From the NCBI RefSeq assembly GCF_001462395.1, contig NZ_LNTB01000001.1, forward strand, positions 30,001-62,000: DNA of 32,000 nt, read 5' to 3'. Positions within the stretch are counted from its first letter, which is position 1. Every line of letters starts with the position of its first letter. This document shows positions 24,737 through 32,000 of the stretch, in pieces. The notes beneath the pieces were generated by a model. It was not told the DNA's origin. It searched no databases and saw nothing but the letters and a program-made list of their open reading frames with translations. Source of the DNA: Pyrodictium occultum (lineage in GTDB: Archaea > Thermoproteota > Thermoprotei_A > Sulfolobales > Pyrodictiaceae). The position numbers and the translations under genes are program-made.

Positions 24737-25620
24737 TTATGCGCGAGGATGGGAGATGCCCCGTATGTGGAGCCCCGCTGAGCCTCTATGCACGTAGGCA
24801 GAGCGATGGAAGGCTGGTATGTACGCGCTGCGGGTACGTGATCGAGGAGTCCCCCATAGACTCGGGGCCGGAGTGGAGGAGCTTCACGGAGGAGGACCGG
24901 GCCCGGAGGAGCCGTGTGGGGGCCCCGCTCACGGAGCGGGTTCATGACAAGGGGTTAACCACCTACATATACGCTCCAAGGAATGATATACGTGCCAGGA
25001 AGCTGGTAGCGCTACAGGCCAGCCTGAGGACCCACGGGCAGAAGAAGCTCATAAAGGTGCTCCAGGAGGCTAACCGGATAGCTATGAAGCTTCAGCTGCC
25101 ATCCCGCGTAGCCGAGACCATGGCCAGGATTGTTAGGCAGCTGCACTCCCTGGGCGTCATAAAGAGGAACAATGTAAATGACTACCTAGCCGCCGCGGCA
25201 GTCATAGCCGCCAGGATAGAGCGGCACCCCCTCACTATGCGCGACGTTGCCGAGCTTCTGGGCCTCGATTCCCAGAATGTATGGAGAGCATACCGGCGCA
25301 TAGTAACAAGGCTCAAAGTACGCATCACAGCGCCTCCTAAGCCTCAGATGTATGTATCCAGGATAGTCTCGAAGCTCGGGCTAAGCGGGGAGGTCGAGGC
25401 CCTAGCCACAAGGTTCACTTTCATGCTGGCTAGGAGCGGGCTCGCTCAGGGCAAGCCTCCGGAGGCGCTGGCAGCTGCAGCGGTTTACGTGGCATCCATA
25501 CTGTTGGACGAGAAGAGGAACCAGCTAGCTGTAGCAAAGTCGATAGGCGTTACAGACGCCACAATACGGAACAGGTACCGTGACATAGTGGACAACTTCT
25601 ACATAGAAGTGAGGCTCTAG
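24733..25620 (+). CDS. tfb: Transcription initiation factor B (TFB/TFIIB)
   Basis: 295-aa ORF. N-terminal zinc ribbon CPVCG...CTRCG, a B-reader/linker region and two cyclin-fold repeats. Confidence 0.92.
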   Translation: MIMREDGRCPVCGAPLSLYARRQSDGRLVCTRCGYVIEESPIDSGPEWRSFTEEDRARRSRVGAPLTERVHDKGLTTYIYAPRNDIRARKLVALQASLRTHGQKKLIKVLQEANRIAMKLQLPSRVAETMARIVRQLHSLGVIKRNNVNDYLAAAAVIAARIERHPLTMRDVAELLGLDSQNVWRAYRRIVTRLKVRITAPPKPQMYVSRIVSKLGLSGEVEALATRFTFMLARSGLAQGKPPEALAAAAVYVASILLDEKRNQLAVAKSIGVTDATIRNRYRDIVDNFYIEVRL

Positions 25621-25656
25621 CCTCCGCAGCTACCACACGAGACACACAGGCAACGG

Positions 25657-25668
25657 CTTTTATAGAAG
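25657..25668 (+). promoter_or_regulatory. Strong TATA-like box (or tfb terminator) with no start codon at the usual distance
   Basis: CTTTTATAGAAG lies 37 nt after the tfb stop. The next plausible start codon is about 170-180 nt downstream. Confidence 0.3.
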
Positions 25669-25833
25669 CGGTCACTCCATGAGCTTAAGAAGGCTACGAA
25701 TGACGGGCATGAGGCCCACATCGGGATAAGGATATAGGGGCGGGGCTTAGCACTAGATAACATCTTGGTGTCCCCCGGGCATCTCGGGAGACACTATGTA
25801 GGCAACGGAAGGTAGCAAAGGGGTTGGATACCC

Positions 25834-26265
25834 TTGTCGGCTGCCATGGAGCCCTCCATCGGCAGTGGGAGGAAGGGCCTCGAGGAGCTGGAAGCCAAGG
25901 CGCTGGAGATAATAAAGGCTCACGGTGACGAGGGTATATACCAGCATGAACTGTGGAAGACGCTGGGGCTGGACAGCAGGGAAGGCTCAAGACTGGCACT
26001 AAGATTGTTGAAGAAGGGGCTTATCCGGCGAGAGCCAACAGTACACAAGGGCAGGCATACGTACAAGCTGTATATAGCAGAACAGACGAGGCAGCCGGTT
26101 AGCGTCGACATCAAGATTGGCAGTGTCATCGAGGTGCCCTGCTTTACTTGTAAGAACCTTGAGCGCTGCCACATAGGCGGGTTCTTCGACCCAACTAATT
26201 GCCCTATACTAGTTAACTGGCTGGCCTCGAAGATAGCTAGACTGAAACGCAGCATGTCCTCATAG
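25834..26265 (+). CDS. Winged-helix protein with a C-terminal four-Cys motif (TFE-beta/RPC34-like candidate)
   Basis: 143-aa ORF with a TTG start (alternative ATG at 25846). Winged-helix-like IYQHELWKTLGLDSREGSRLALRLLKKGLIRRE, then CFTCKNLERCHIGGFFDPTNC (CxxCx5Cx11C). This matches the WH plus FeS-domain layout reported for crenarchaeal TFE-beta. Confidence 0.5.
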   Translation: MSAAMEPSIGSGRKGLEELEAKALEIIKAHGDEGIYQHELWKTLGLDSREGSRLALRLLKKGLIRREPTVHKGRHTYKLYIAEQTRQPVSVDIKIGSVIEVPCFTCKNLERCHIGGFFDPTNCPILVNWLASKIARLKRSMSS

Positions 26266-26525
26266 CATATAGCATCGCCCCTAGCCTTGGCGCCGGGAGC
26301 CGTGTTCTCATCCCGCAGCCCCTCCGTCGCAGTGTCTCCCAGGTGGTCCTGGAGGGCTCCTCGGTCTTCCGGCTCGCGGGCTGTACTTGGCGTGACTCTA
26401 TACCCTCCTCCCCGCACTGATTCTATAATGGTTGACAGCTATCAAGCGTGAAATAGTAAATGATATATCTGTGGGTTCTGCGCTGTATGTGAACGATACA
26501 TGTATGCTCTAAGCCATGTGTAGGG

Positions 26526-27431
26526 GTGTTAACCTCGCCGGGCTCGGTCCAGGAAGCCCGCGTAACTTTTCTCGCGGAGGATACTGCAGGCTCCTTCCTA
26601 GCAACAAAGCGCAACATACTGGGCCAGCACGGGCTTTCAGCCCTTATAGAGGTAGAGAGCAGCGAGGGGAAGCGCTATAAAGTTCTATTCGATACGGGCC
26701 AGTATGCTGAAGCAATCATTCATAACGCCAGGCTTCTCGGCGTTAGCCTCGAAGACGTTGATGCCATAGTGCTTTCGCATAACCACTACGACCATACTGG
26801 CGGGCTTATAGGCGTGCTGGAGAAGATAGGGCGTCGAGTGCCGGTGGTTGTTCATCCTGACGTGTTCAAGCCCTCAATCTACGTTGGCGGGGGGCAGGGC
26901 CTCATGGATCTCGGGCCGGGCTGGAGCAGGGGGGAGGCCGAGAGAGCCGGTGCTATATTCGTTGAGACGCGGAGGCCTCTCGAGGTGGTGCCGGGGGTCT
27001 ACTACCTGGGGGAGGTGGAGAGGGAGAGGGAGGACCTGGCCCCAGGCCTCCCGGGCGCCTATACCATTGTAGACGGTGAGCTCGTACCTCATAGCTTGAG
27101 GGACGACACAGGTGTTGCGATAAGGATTGAGGGCTATGGCCTCGTGGTTGTTAGTGGCTGTGGGCACTCGGGTATAACCAATATAGCTGTACATGCCTCC
27201 CGCGCCCTAAAAGACGATGTTAAGGCTGTAATGGGCGGCTTCCACCTCTACGCGGCCGAGCGGGGCACCATAGATGAGATAGCCGGCATGCTCCGCAAAA
27301 TCGGTGTAGAGGAGGTTTACCCGGGTCACTGTACGGGCTTGAGAGCTGAGAGCAGGCTGGCGGAGGTCTATGGGGATAGGTTCCACCGGATCACAGCAGG
27401 CTATACAGCAGTGTTCCGGAGCCCAGGGTAG
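26526..27431 (+). CDS. Metallo-beta-lactamase-fold protein (COG1237-like)
   Basis: 301-aa ORF with a GTG start. HxHxDH motif LSHNHYDHTGG, downstream SGCGHSG and GGFHL motifs, and an N-terminus (VTFLAEDTA...QHGLSALIEVE) typical of this subfamily. Confidence 0.7.
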   Translation: MLTSPGSVQEARVTFLAEDTAGSFLATKRNILGQHGLSALIEVESSEGKRYKVLFDTGQYAEAIIHNARLLGVSLEDVDAIVLSHNHYDHTGGLIGVLEKIGRRVPVVVHPDVFKPSIYVGGGQGLMDLGPGWSRGEAERAGAIFVETRRPLEVVPGVYYLGEVEREREDLAPGLPGAYTIVDGELVPHSLRDDTGVAIRIEGYGLVVVSGCGHSGITNIAVHASRALKDDVKAVMGGFHLYAAERGTIDEIAGMLRKIGVEEVYPGHCTGLRAESRLAEVYGDRFHRITAGYTAVFRSPG

Positions 27432-27470
27432 GCCCTCGGGGGCTTATAGCCTCCCGAGCCCTCCGTCTTT

Positions 27471-28706
27471 TTATGCCTGGCGGGTCCCGCTGGCCCTCAT
27501 CTCAACAAGCGTGTTCACGACCACCGGGTGTGGAGCATCCGTCCTGAAGCCCCGCGGGTCGAAGTGTGTGAGCGTGGCTCGGTAGCCCTTGTACCGGAGG
27601 GCTTCAACCACTTTAGCAGGCTTGGGCATGTTCATGCGGAGCAGGCTGCATAGGCGGTCCAGCCTGTAGTAGGGCTTCACAATGCTGCACTCCTCTCCTA
27701 GCCGGCTGAGAAGCTTGGCAACGCGCTCGTAGTCCGAGAGTGTGTGCCTCCTCTCCTCTGCAATCCTTCTCATGAGCTGGACCAGCCTCGGGTCGCAGAG
27801 GGGGCCGGTGTAGAGGGGGCCGGTGGCCTGGAGCGGGGCGCTGCAGTAGGGGCAGCGGGTGTCCGGCTGCTGTATGTAGCCCGTGTAGCCGCAGTAGGGG
27901 CAGTAGGCGCCATAGCCCAGGCTTGAGAGGCTATCGTCGGCCCTGCCCGCTCCGCGCCGAAGCTCGGCGTAGACTCGTACGTAGTAGTCGGCGTAGTAGG
28001 CTAGGAGGATTCTTGCGCCATACTCGTGGCTCGCTGCCCTCCTGATTATGTAGCCTGCCAGTATTCTCACAGCTTGCTCCTTCTCCCAGGCGGTCCTGGC
28101 GGGCTTTACGTCGTATCTCCTGCGGAGTGCCCTGGAATGGGCGCCGGAGAGGGGTGCTGTGTCGGTGGCTGTCGCAGCCAGGACTCCTCTAACGCCGATA
28201 GACTGTATCGCGACGTCTATGAAGGGGGCAGGGCTGCCGAAGGGGTCTAGGTCTACTATGCTGGGCTTTACCCCGCTCCTCCGGAGCTTGGCCATGAACT
28301 CGTTGGCATCTGCTCTCTCAATCTTCACGCGGTCCGTCACGCCATTGATATCAATATTTATCCTCGCCAGGTGGACCGCGTCCGGATCTATATCGGCAGC
28401 GTAGACGTAGGCGCCCGCCTCCACTGCGTAGCGCAGAGCCCTCACACCGCTCCCTGCGAGAGGCTCGACGACAACTAGCTTCTCGAGGCCAGCCAGCTCC
28501 CGGTAGGCTGCTGCGAGGATAACCGCTATGTCACGGTTGAACCCCATACGGGGATTGTAGAAGACCGGGGCCCAGGCGGGCTCGTAAACGCCATCGCTGC
28601 GGCGGTATGCATTGGGGTCGGGGATCAGGATCTCTACACCGCCTTCTCGTATCCTCTTAGTAGGGTAGGGTAGCTCATGCAGCGCCACCATACCAGCTGG
28701 CCCCAC
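27471..28706 (-). CDS. trm1: tRNA (guanine26-N2)-dimethyltransferase Trm1
   Basis: 411-aa ORF. FYNPRMGFNRD, the SAM-binding EPLAGSGVRALRY, DLDPFGSPAPF and the zinc motif CPYCG...CPYC. Confidence 0.9.
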   Translation of the reverse strand: MGPAGMVALHELPYPTKRIREGGVEILIPDPNAYRRSDGVYEPAWAPVFYNPRMGFNRDIAVILAAAYRELAGLEKLVVVEPLAGSGVRALRYAVEAGAYVYAADIDPDAVHLARINIDINGVTDRVKIERADANEFMAKLRRSGVKPSIVDLDPFGSPAPFIDVAIQSIGVRGVLAATATDTAPLSGAHSRALRRRYDVKPARTAWEKEQAVRILAGYIIRRAASHEYGARILLAYYADYYVRVYAELRRGAGRADDSLSSLGYGAYCPYCGYTGYIQQPDTRCPYCSAPLQATGPLYTGPLCDPRLVQLMRRIAEERRHTLSDYERVAKLLSRLGEECSIVKPYYRLDRLCSLLRMNMPKPAKVVEALRYKGYRATLTHFDPRGFRTDAPHPVVVNTLVEMRASGTRQA

Positions 28707-28764
28707 TATGACGTTGGGGCCCCAGGCCCCCTTAGGCCTCTAGTTGCTCCAGGGGGTCTGCCGG

Positions 28765-29766
28765 CTACTCGTAGCCCAGCTCGCGGCGGACCTGCCTGGC
28801 GGCTTCAACCATGTTGCGGAGCTTTGCTTTTGCTATCTCCCTCGGGAGCCTCTTGAGCCCGCAGTCGGGGTCTACGTATATCTTCTCGGGAGGCAGTATG
28901 TCCATCTTTAGCAGCCTGTATATATCATTCTTTATCTCCTCCACCGTCTCCACCCGGGTGCTATGCACGTCTATGACGCCGTAGCCGAGTTCCTTGTCAA
29001 AGCCATACTCCTTAAGGTGGGGGAGCAGCCGGAAGTTACTGTTCTTAAACTCCAGGTCAAGCTGGTCTACAGGGAACTCGAGGGCGTAGGGGAGTATCCT
29101 CTCTATCCTCCCGAAGCATATGTGTACTATCTTCTTCGCACTTACACCCTTGAACATTATCTCGAGCGCTTCCCTGAGCAGCTCGGCCTCCTCGCGGTAG
29201 GGCCTTGTAGAGAGAGCGGGCTCATCGACCTGTATGAACTCGGCGCCGCGGCGCGCGAACTCCTCTATCTCGCGGCGCAGCACCCTAGCCATCTCGAGCA
29301 CTAGCTCGCGGCGATCGCCGTAGGCTAGGTCAAAGCTCCAGTCAACCATGGTGTAGGGGCCTGTCAGTATGGCCTTCACCGGCCTGCCCTCTGCTATACT
29401 CCTAGCGTACTCCCAGTCAGCGACCGCCATGGGCCCCTTGTAGCCGAGCCTGGAGGCTACTATCGGCTTCCGGAAGTACACGTTATCGAATATCCTCACC
29501 CAGTCGCCGCTCTGGTAGCCCTCAATGCGCTCGGCGAAGTATACAACCATGTCCTCGCGGGCCTGCTCGCCGTCGCTGATTACATCTACGCCGGCCTCTA
29601 TCTGGTCCATAACCACCGCCTTTATAGCAGGCTTTACGAGCTCATGGAACTCCTCCTCGCTTATGAGCCCGCGCTTCCTCCTCTGTATGGCCTGCTCCGC
29701 CTCGGGCAGCTTGGGATAGCTGCCTACGACCGTCGTTACAAGAGCCTTGGGAAGCTCGTAGCTCAT
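28765..29766 (-). CDS. metE: Cobalamin-independent methionine synthase-like protein (MetE C-terminal domain type)
   Basis: TTVVGSYPK, the DGE motif (ISDGEQAR), the IHICFG zinc-ligand region and DPDCGLK. The ATG at 29766 is preferred, because a TATA box at 29801-29810 lies inside the longer frame to 29835. Confidence 0.8.
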   Translation of the reverse strand: MSYELPKALVTTVVGSYPKLPEAEQAIQRRKRGLISEEEFHELVKPAIKAVVMDQIEAGVDVISDGEQAREDMVVYFAERIEGYQSGDWVRIFDNVYFRKPIVASRLGYKGPMAVADWEYARSIAEGRPVKAILTGPYTMVDWSFDLAYGDRRELVLEMARVLRREIEEFARRGAEFIQVDEPALSTRPYREEAELLREALEIMFKGVSAKKIVHICFGRIERILPYALEFPVDQLDLEFKNSNFRLLPHLKEYGFDKELGYGVIDVHSTRVETVEEIKNDIYRLLKMDILPPEKIYVDPDCGLKRLPREIAKAKLRNMVEAARQVRRELGYE

Positions 29767-29800
29767 GGAAACACCCGGGAGGGGGCGAGGAGCGAACCGG

Positions 29801-29810
29801 CATATAATTC
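29801..29810 (-). promoter_or_regulatory. TATA box for metE
   Basis: Minus strand reads GAATTATATG, 35-44 nt upstream of the ATG at 29766. Confidence 0.4.
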
Positions 29811-29894
29811 TACTACCCCGGAGGCACGTAGCCAAGGCCGAGCGCCTAGTAGGCCGTAAGGGATTTACCCCTCAGCGGGACGGGCTAGGCTGAG

Positions 29895-29970
29895 CCTGGA
29901 GAGGCGCCGCCGTAGCTCAGCCGGCAGAGCGCCGCCCTGGTAAGGCGGAGGTCCCGGGTTCGAATCCCGG
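29895..29970 (+). tRNA. tRNA-Thr (anticodon GGU), CCA encoded
   Basis: Folded by hand. Acceptor GCCGCCG/CGGCGGC, D-stem GCTC/GAGC, anticodon stem CCGCC/GGCGG with loop CTGGTAA, T-arm CCGGG-TTCGAAT-CCCGG, discriminator T, then CCA. Confidence 0.9.
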
Positions 29971-30044
29971 CGGCGGCTCCAGTCGCGGGCCTCCCCGCCT
30001 TCTCCCTTCCTCGGGCCCGCCGCTCTAAGGGGGCAGAGAGTTCC

Positions 30045-30053
30045 CTTTAAGAA
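30045..30053 (+). promoter_or_regulatory. TATA box for L38e
   Basis: CTTTAAGAA lies 42-50 nt upstream of the ATG at 30095. Confidence 0.4.
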
Positions 30054-30094
30054 GGGGTCTCCACGGGCGTCACGGAGCCCGGAGGGTTGCCGGC

Positions 30095-30364
30095 ATGCCC
30101 GTCGAGCTAAAGAGCAAGGAGGAATTCCTCAAGGTTGTCGAGAGGGCTAGCGAGTGCCGTGTCAAGCTTGGATACCGGAGGGTTGAAACAGGGGAAGGGG
30201 CCAAGAGGATAAAGGTGCTGAAGGTTAAGGCCAGGACCCCCAGCTATCTCTACACCCTGGTGTTCAACAATATTGACGAGGGTGTAGAGTTCGTTAAGTC
30301 GATAAAGGGCAGGTGCAAGAGCCTCCGGGTTCTCGACCCTGAGATGGAGGATAGGCTTAAGTGA
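30095..30364 (+). CDS. rpl38e: 50S ribosomal protein L38e (eL38)
   Basis: 89-aa ORF. KSKEEFLKVVERA...KVKARTPSYLYTLVF parallels eukaryotic eL38 (IEEIKDFLLTARR...KVRCSRYLYTLVI). Confidence 0.7.
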   Translation: MPVELKSKEEFLKVVERASECRVKLGYRRVETGEGAKRIKVLKVKARTPSYLYTLVFNNIDEGVEFVKSIKGRCKSLRVLDPEMEDRLK

Positions 30365-30445
30365 ATTGTAGATAACGCTCTAGCTTCAACACTCTAGCTT
30401 ATCCCGCGCTAGCCCCCGGGTCTTTACGGTATGGGCCCTGGGCAT

Positions 30446-30490
30446 CCCTCATCCTCAAGGGCGGGATGGGAGGGAAAATGCTGTAGTTTT
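30446..30490. terminator. Hairpin flanked by oligo-A/oligo-T between convergent genes (bidirectional terminator candidate)
   Basis: CCCTCATCC (30446-30454) pairs with GGATG-GG-AGGG (30464-30474). It is followed by AAAA (30475-30478, T4 on the minus strand) and TTTT (30487-30490). Confidence 0.3.
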
Positions 30491-30494
30491 GTCC

Positions 30495-30851
30495 CTATTT
30501 ACGCGTGACGCCCACTATTATACCTATAATGAAGCCTATCGACGTAGGGCCTACGGCTATGAAGCCGAGCATTTTTACAGCGTTTAGTATGAGATCCTTG
30601 AATTTCGCCAGTCCCTCTATCCTCGATGCTAGGTCGTTAACACTACCAGAGGCTCCCCACACGCCTATCAATGTACCTAGCAGGAACACACCTATGAGCG
30701 CTATAATGTACTTTGCTATTTTTGCCATATAGTAGCCCGCCGCGAAGCCTAGGAGAAGTTGCAGAACTACAGCTACCAGTAGCTGCGGGTTAGTGCTGGC
30801 TGCGGCTATCAGGCTTGTGAGAGAGCTTACATTGGTAGCGTTGCCTGCCAC
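30495..30851 (-). CDS. Small integral membrane protein (three predicted TM helices, possibly FUN14-like)
   Basis: 118-aa ORF with a GTG start. Three hydrophobic stretches and NAT/NVS sequons at the N-terminus. GFAAGYYMAKIAKYIIALIG resembles FUN14-domain proteins. A TATA box sits at the expected distance. Confidence 0.45.
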   Translation of the reverse strand: MAGNATNVSSLTSLIAAASTNPQLLVAVVLQLLLGFAAGYYMAKIAKYIIALIGVFLLGTLIGVWGASGSVNDLASRIEGLAKFKDLILNAVKMLGFIAVGPTSIGFIIGIIVGVTRK

Positions 30852-30888
30852 TCCCTAGCCACCATCTCCAATAGGGCTCCTACGCGGC

Positions 30889-30894
30889 TTTAAA
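30889..30894 (-). promoter_or_regulatory. TATA box for the membrane-protein gene
   Basis: TTTAAA (palindromic) lies 38-43 nt upstream of the GTG at 30851. Confidence 0.4.
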
Positions 30895-31031
30895 GAGGCC
30901 AACGCTGGGTATGCATCCTGTTGGGGGTTAAATCGGTATCTACCCCGGCCCTAGCCCCTGGCCAGAAAGCTAAATAACAGCGCCCCAGGGTCTTGGAATC
31001 CCCCGTAATTGGAGTCTCTGGCGGCGTGGGT

Positions 31032-31155
31032 GGGCCCGTCGTCTAGCTTGGTAGGATGCGGGGTACACACAGCCCCGCCCGGGAAGCCGTGAGGGCGGGG
31101 GTGTGCCCGACTCGGGACCCCGTGGTCCCGGGTTCAAATCCCGGCGGGCCCACCA
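31032..31155 (+). tRNA. tRNA-Pro (anticodon CGG) with a 47-nt intron, CCA encoded
   Basis: Folded by hand. Acceptor GGGCCCG/CGGGCCC, D-stem GTCT/GGAT, anticodon stem CGGGG (31059-31063)/CCCCG (31118-31122), T-arm CCGGG-TTCAAAT-CCCGG, discriminator A, CCA. Removing the intron leaves a 7-nt loop YTCGGGA with anticodon CGG and G37. Confidence 0.8.
31064..31110 (+). other. tRNA-Pro intron (non-canonical position, 5' side of the anticodon loop; junctions +/-1 nt)
   Basis: The 4-bp central helix 31059-31062/31106-31109 is flanked by 3-nt bulges at 31063-31065 and 31110-31112, which is BHB-like. The intron body forms a stem from 31066-31070/31101-31105 and 31073-31080/31093-31100. Confidence 0.7.
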
Positions 31156-31211
31156 TCTCCTCCGCCAGCCGCCGGTCACCCGCCCTGTTCTGGCGGTCGT
31201 TAAGGGGCTCG

Positions 31212-31730
31212 ATGGCTATGATACTTAGGCCGGCCACGAGGGAGGAGGTTCTAAGGCTAAGGGGGATAGCGGATTACCAGTTCGGCTACCCTGCCGGCGA
31301 CCTCCTCATACCCGATGACGCTGTCGTGGGGGTCTCGCCGGGGACGCGGAGAATAAGGGAGGTGTACGGCGAGGAAGGGCTTCTAGCGGTGCTGCGGGCC
31401 CACGACTATCTTTTCTCCCTGTCGCCGAGGGGTGCGCGCCGGCTGCTATCGCTGCCTGAGCCCCGGCTGCGGGCATGGGTTTCCCCGGACGCCATGGGCG
31501 AGCTTCGGAAGAGTATACCGTGCAGGGCGGTAAGGAGGCTGGATACAAGCCTCCTCGCAGGGGATGAGGTTATAGTTCTGGATGAGCGTGGAGTGCTGCT
31601 CGGCGTGGGTAGGCTCCGCCTCTCCCCCGAGGAGATTCTGGAGGAAGAGTGCTGGGGAGAGGCTATCCGTGTACGTAAATTTGCTGAGAAGGCTGTATCC
31701 CCTGGGCAGCGGGAGGTGCAGCCAGGGTGA
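31212..31730 (+). CDS. PUA-domain RNA-binding protein (pre-PUA plus PUA, ArcTGT C-terminal-like)
   Basis: Starts MAMILRPATREEV. Contains the IADYQFG motif and a C-terminal PUA-like LLAGDEVIVLDERGVLLGVGRLRLS. The open frame continues upstream to 31056, but that part overlaps tRNA-Pro. No TATA box lies between the tRNA and this ATG, so co-transcription is possible. Confidence 0.55.
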   Translation: MAMILRPATREEVLRLRGIADYQFGYPAGDLLIPDDAVVGVSPGTRRIREVYGEEGLLAVLRAHDYLFSLSPRGARRLLSLPEPRLRAWVSPDAMGELRKSIPCRAVRRLDTSLLAGDEVIVLDERGVLLGVGRLRLSPEEILEEECWGEAIRVRKFAEKAVSPGQREVQPG

Positions 31731-32000
31731 GCAGGTATAACGTTCACAGGTTTCGGACTATCCGCGTAGCGTACGCCGAGGATGTGAGGGGCTCCGATCT
31801 CTTTATCACAGGGTTCAAGGGCTATGGGGCTGTAGGCTATATAGCTACGCTTCATCTTGCCGACACGGCTGACTGCAGGGAAGCTGGCTATGTAATAACA
31901 AAGTATATGCCCGAAGCCGTTACCCCCAGCTCGCGTGGCGTTGTTGGCCCTTTCACGCTCTACTACTGCGAGAACTCTGGGAAGCGCATAACGCTGCTCG
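31727..32000 (+). CDS. Partial CDS (5' end only): PAC2-family proteasome assembly chaperone-like protein
   Basis: A GTG at 31727 overlaps the PUA stop (GTGA). I translated the frame by hand and it stays open to the window edge: VSRYNVHRFRTIRVAYAEDVRGSDLFITGFKGYGAVGYIATLHL... The GF.G.G.VG motif is typical of the PAC2 family. Confidence 0.4.
   Translation, partial: MSRYNVHRFRTIRVAYAEDVRGSDLFITGFKGYGAVGYIATLHLADTADCREAGYVITKYMPEAVTPSSRGVVGPFTLYYCENSGKRITLL

Noticed and set aside
26280-26400. Possible 5S rRNA, SRP RNA or RNase P RNA fragment in the GC-rich unassigned segment. The same check was made at 14790-14920
   Set aside because: The spacers are too short for SRP or RNase P RNA, and the sequences lack the conserved 5S loop and helix motifs I can recall. 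No convincing global fold emerged by hand.
26451-26515. C/D-box-like AUGAUAU...CUGU...UGUGAAC pattern in the AT-rich island
   Set aside because: The boxes deviate from RUGAUGA/CUGA at key positions and the spacing is wrong. The region is better explained as promoter DNA.
31056-31211. N-terminal 52-codon extension of the PUA-protein ORF
   Set aside because: It overlaps the tRNA-Pro gene on the same strand and translates to a low-complexity Pro/Gly/Arg-rich sequence. The PUA-family similarity starts only after the ATG at 31212.
1-32000. Looked for CRISPR arrays, transposases or integrases, IS-type terminal inverted repeats, toxin-antitoxin pairs and known defence-system genes
   Set aside because: No regularly spaced direct repeats and no ORF with recombinase, transposase or defence-type motifs. 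tRNA genes are intact with no flanking partial duplicates. Gene content is core housekeeping with fairly uniform composition.

Overview
GC-rich (about 60%) archaeal chromosomal segment. Gene content points to a hyperthermophilic crenarchaeon of Desulfurococcales type: ribosomal protein L38e, a short XPF, a RecJ/Cdc45-like protein with degenerate DHH motifs, a TFE-beta-like protein and an intron-containing tRNA. I cannot name the species from sequence alone. The window is densely packed, about 40 protein genes and 2 tRNAs, and is mostly core information-processing machinery. This includes ribosomal proteins (S3Ae, S15, S27ae, S24e, S6e, S8e, L38e), translation factors (aIF2-gamma, aIF5B) and transcription components (Rpo7, Spt4, TFB, a TFE-beta-like protein). 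It also includes three KEOPS subunits (Pcc1, Bud32, Kae1), RNA modification genes (Gar1, Trm1, a NOL1/NOP2/Sun methyltransferase, a PUA protein) and genome-hygiene genes (Ham1 ITPase, YjjX-like NTPase, AGOG glycosylase, XPF, two DHH-family proteins, DUF429). I found no CRISPR array, transposase, integrase, prophage or recognisable defence system. Composition is fairly uniform apart from a few AT-rich promoter islands. This looks like an ordinary core region, not an accessory island. The items most worth a second look are (1) a translationally coupled DHH phosphoesterase-DUF429 pair in an AGOG/ferredoxin/XPF neighbourhood; (2) an archaeal Gar1 with a eukaryote-like Arg/Gly-rich tail, coupled by an ATGA overlap to TFB; (3) a tRNA-Pro(CGG) with a 47-nt intron at a non-canonical position and a readable bulge-helix-bulge motif; (4) several structured, non-coding spacers of 200-260 bp that could hold small RNAs or long leaders. 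All functional calls come from motif recognition and remembered family signatures or synteny. No database search was run.
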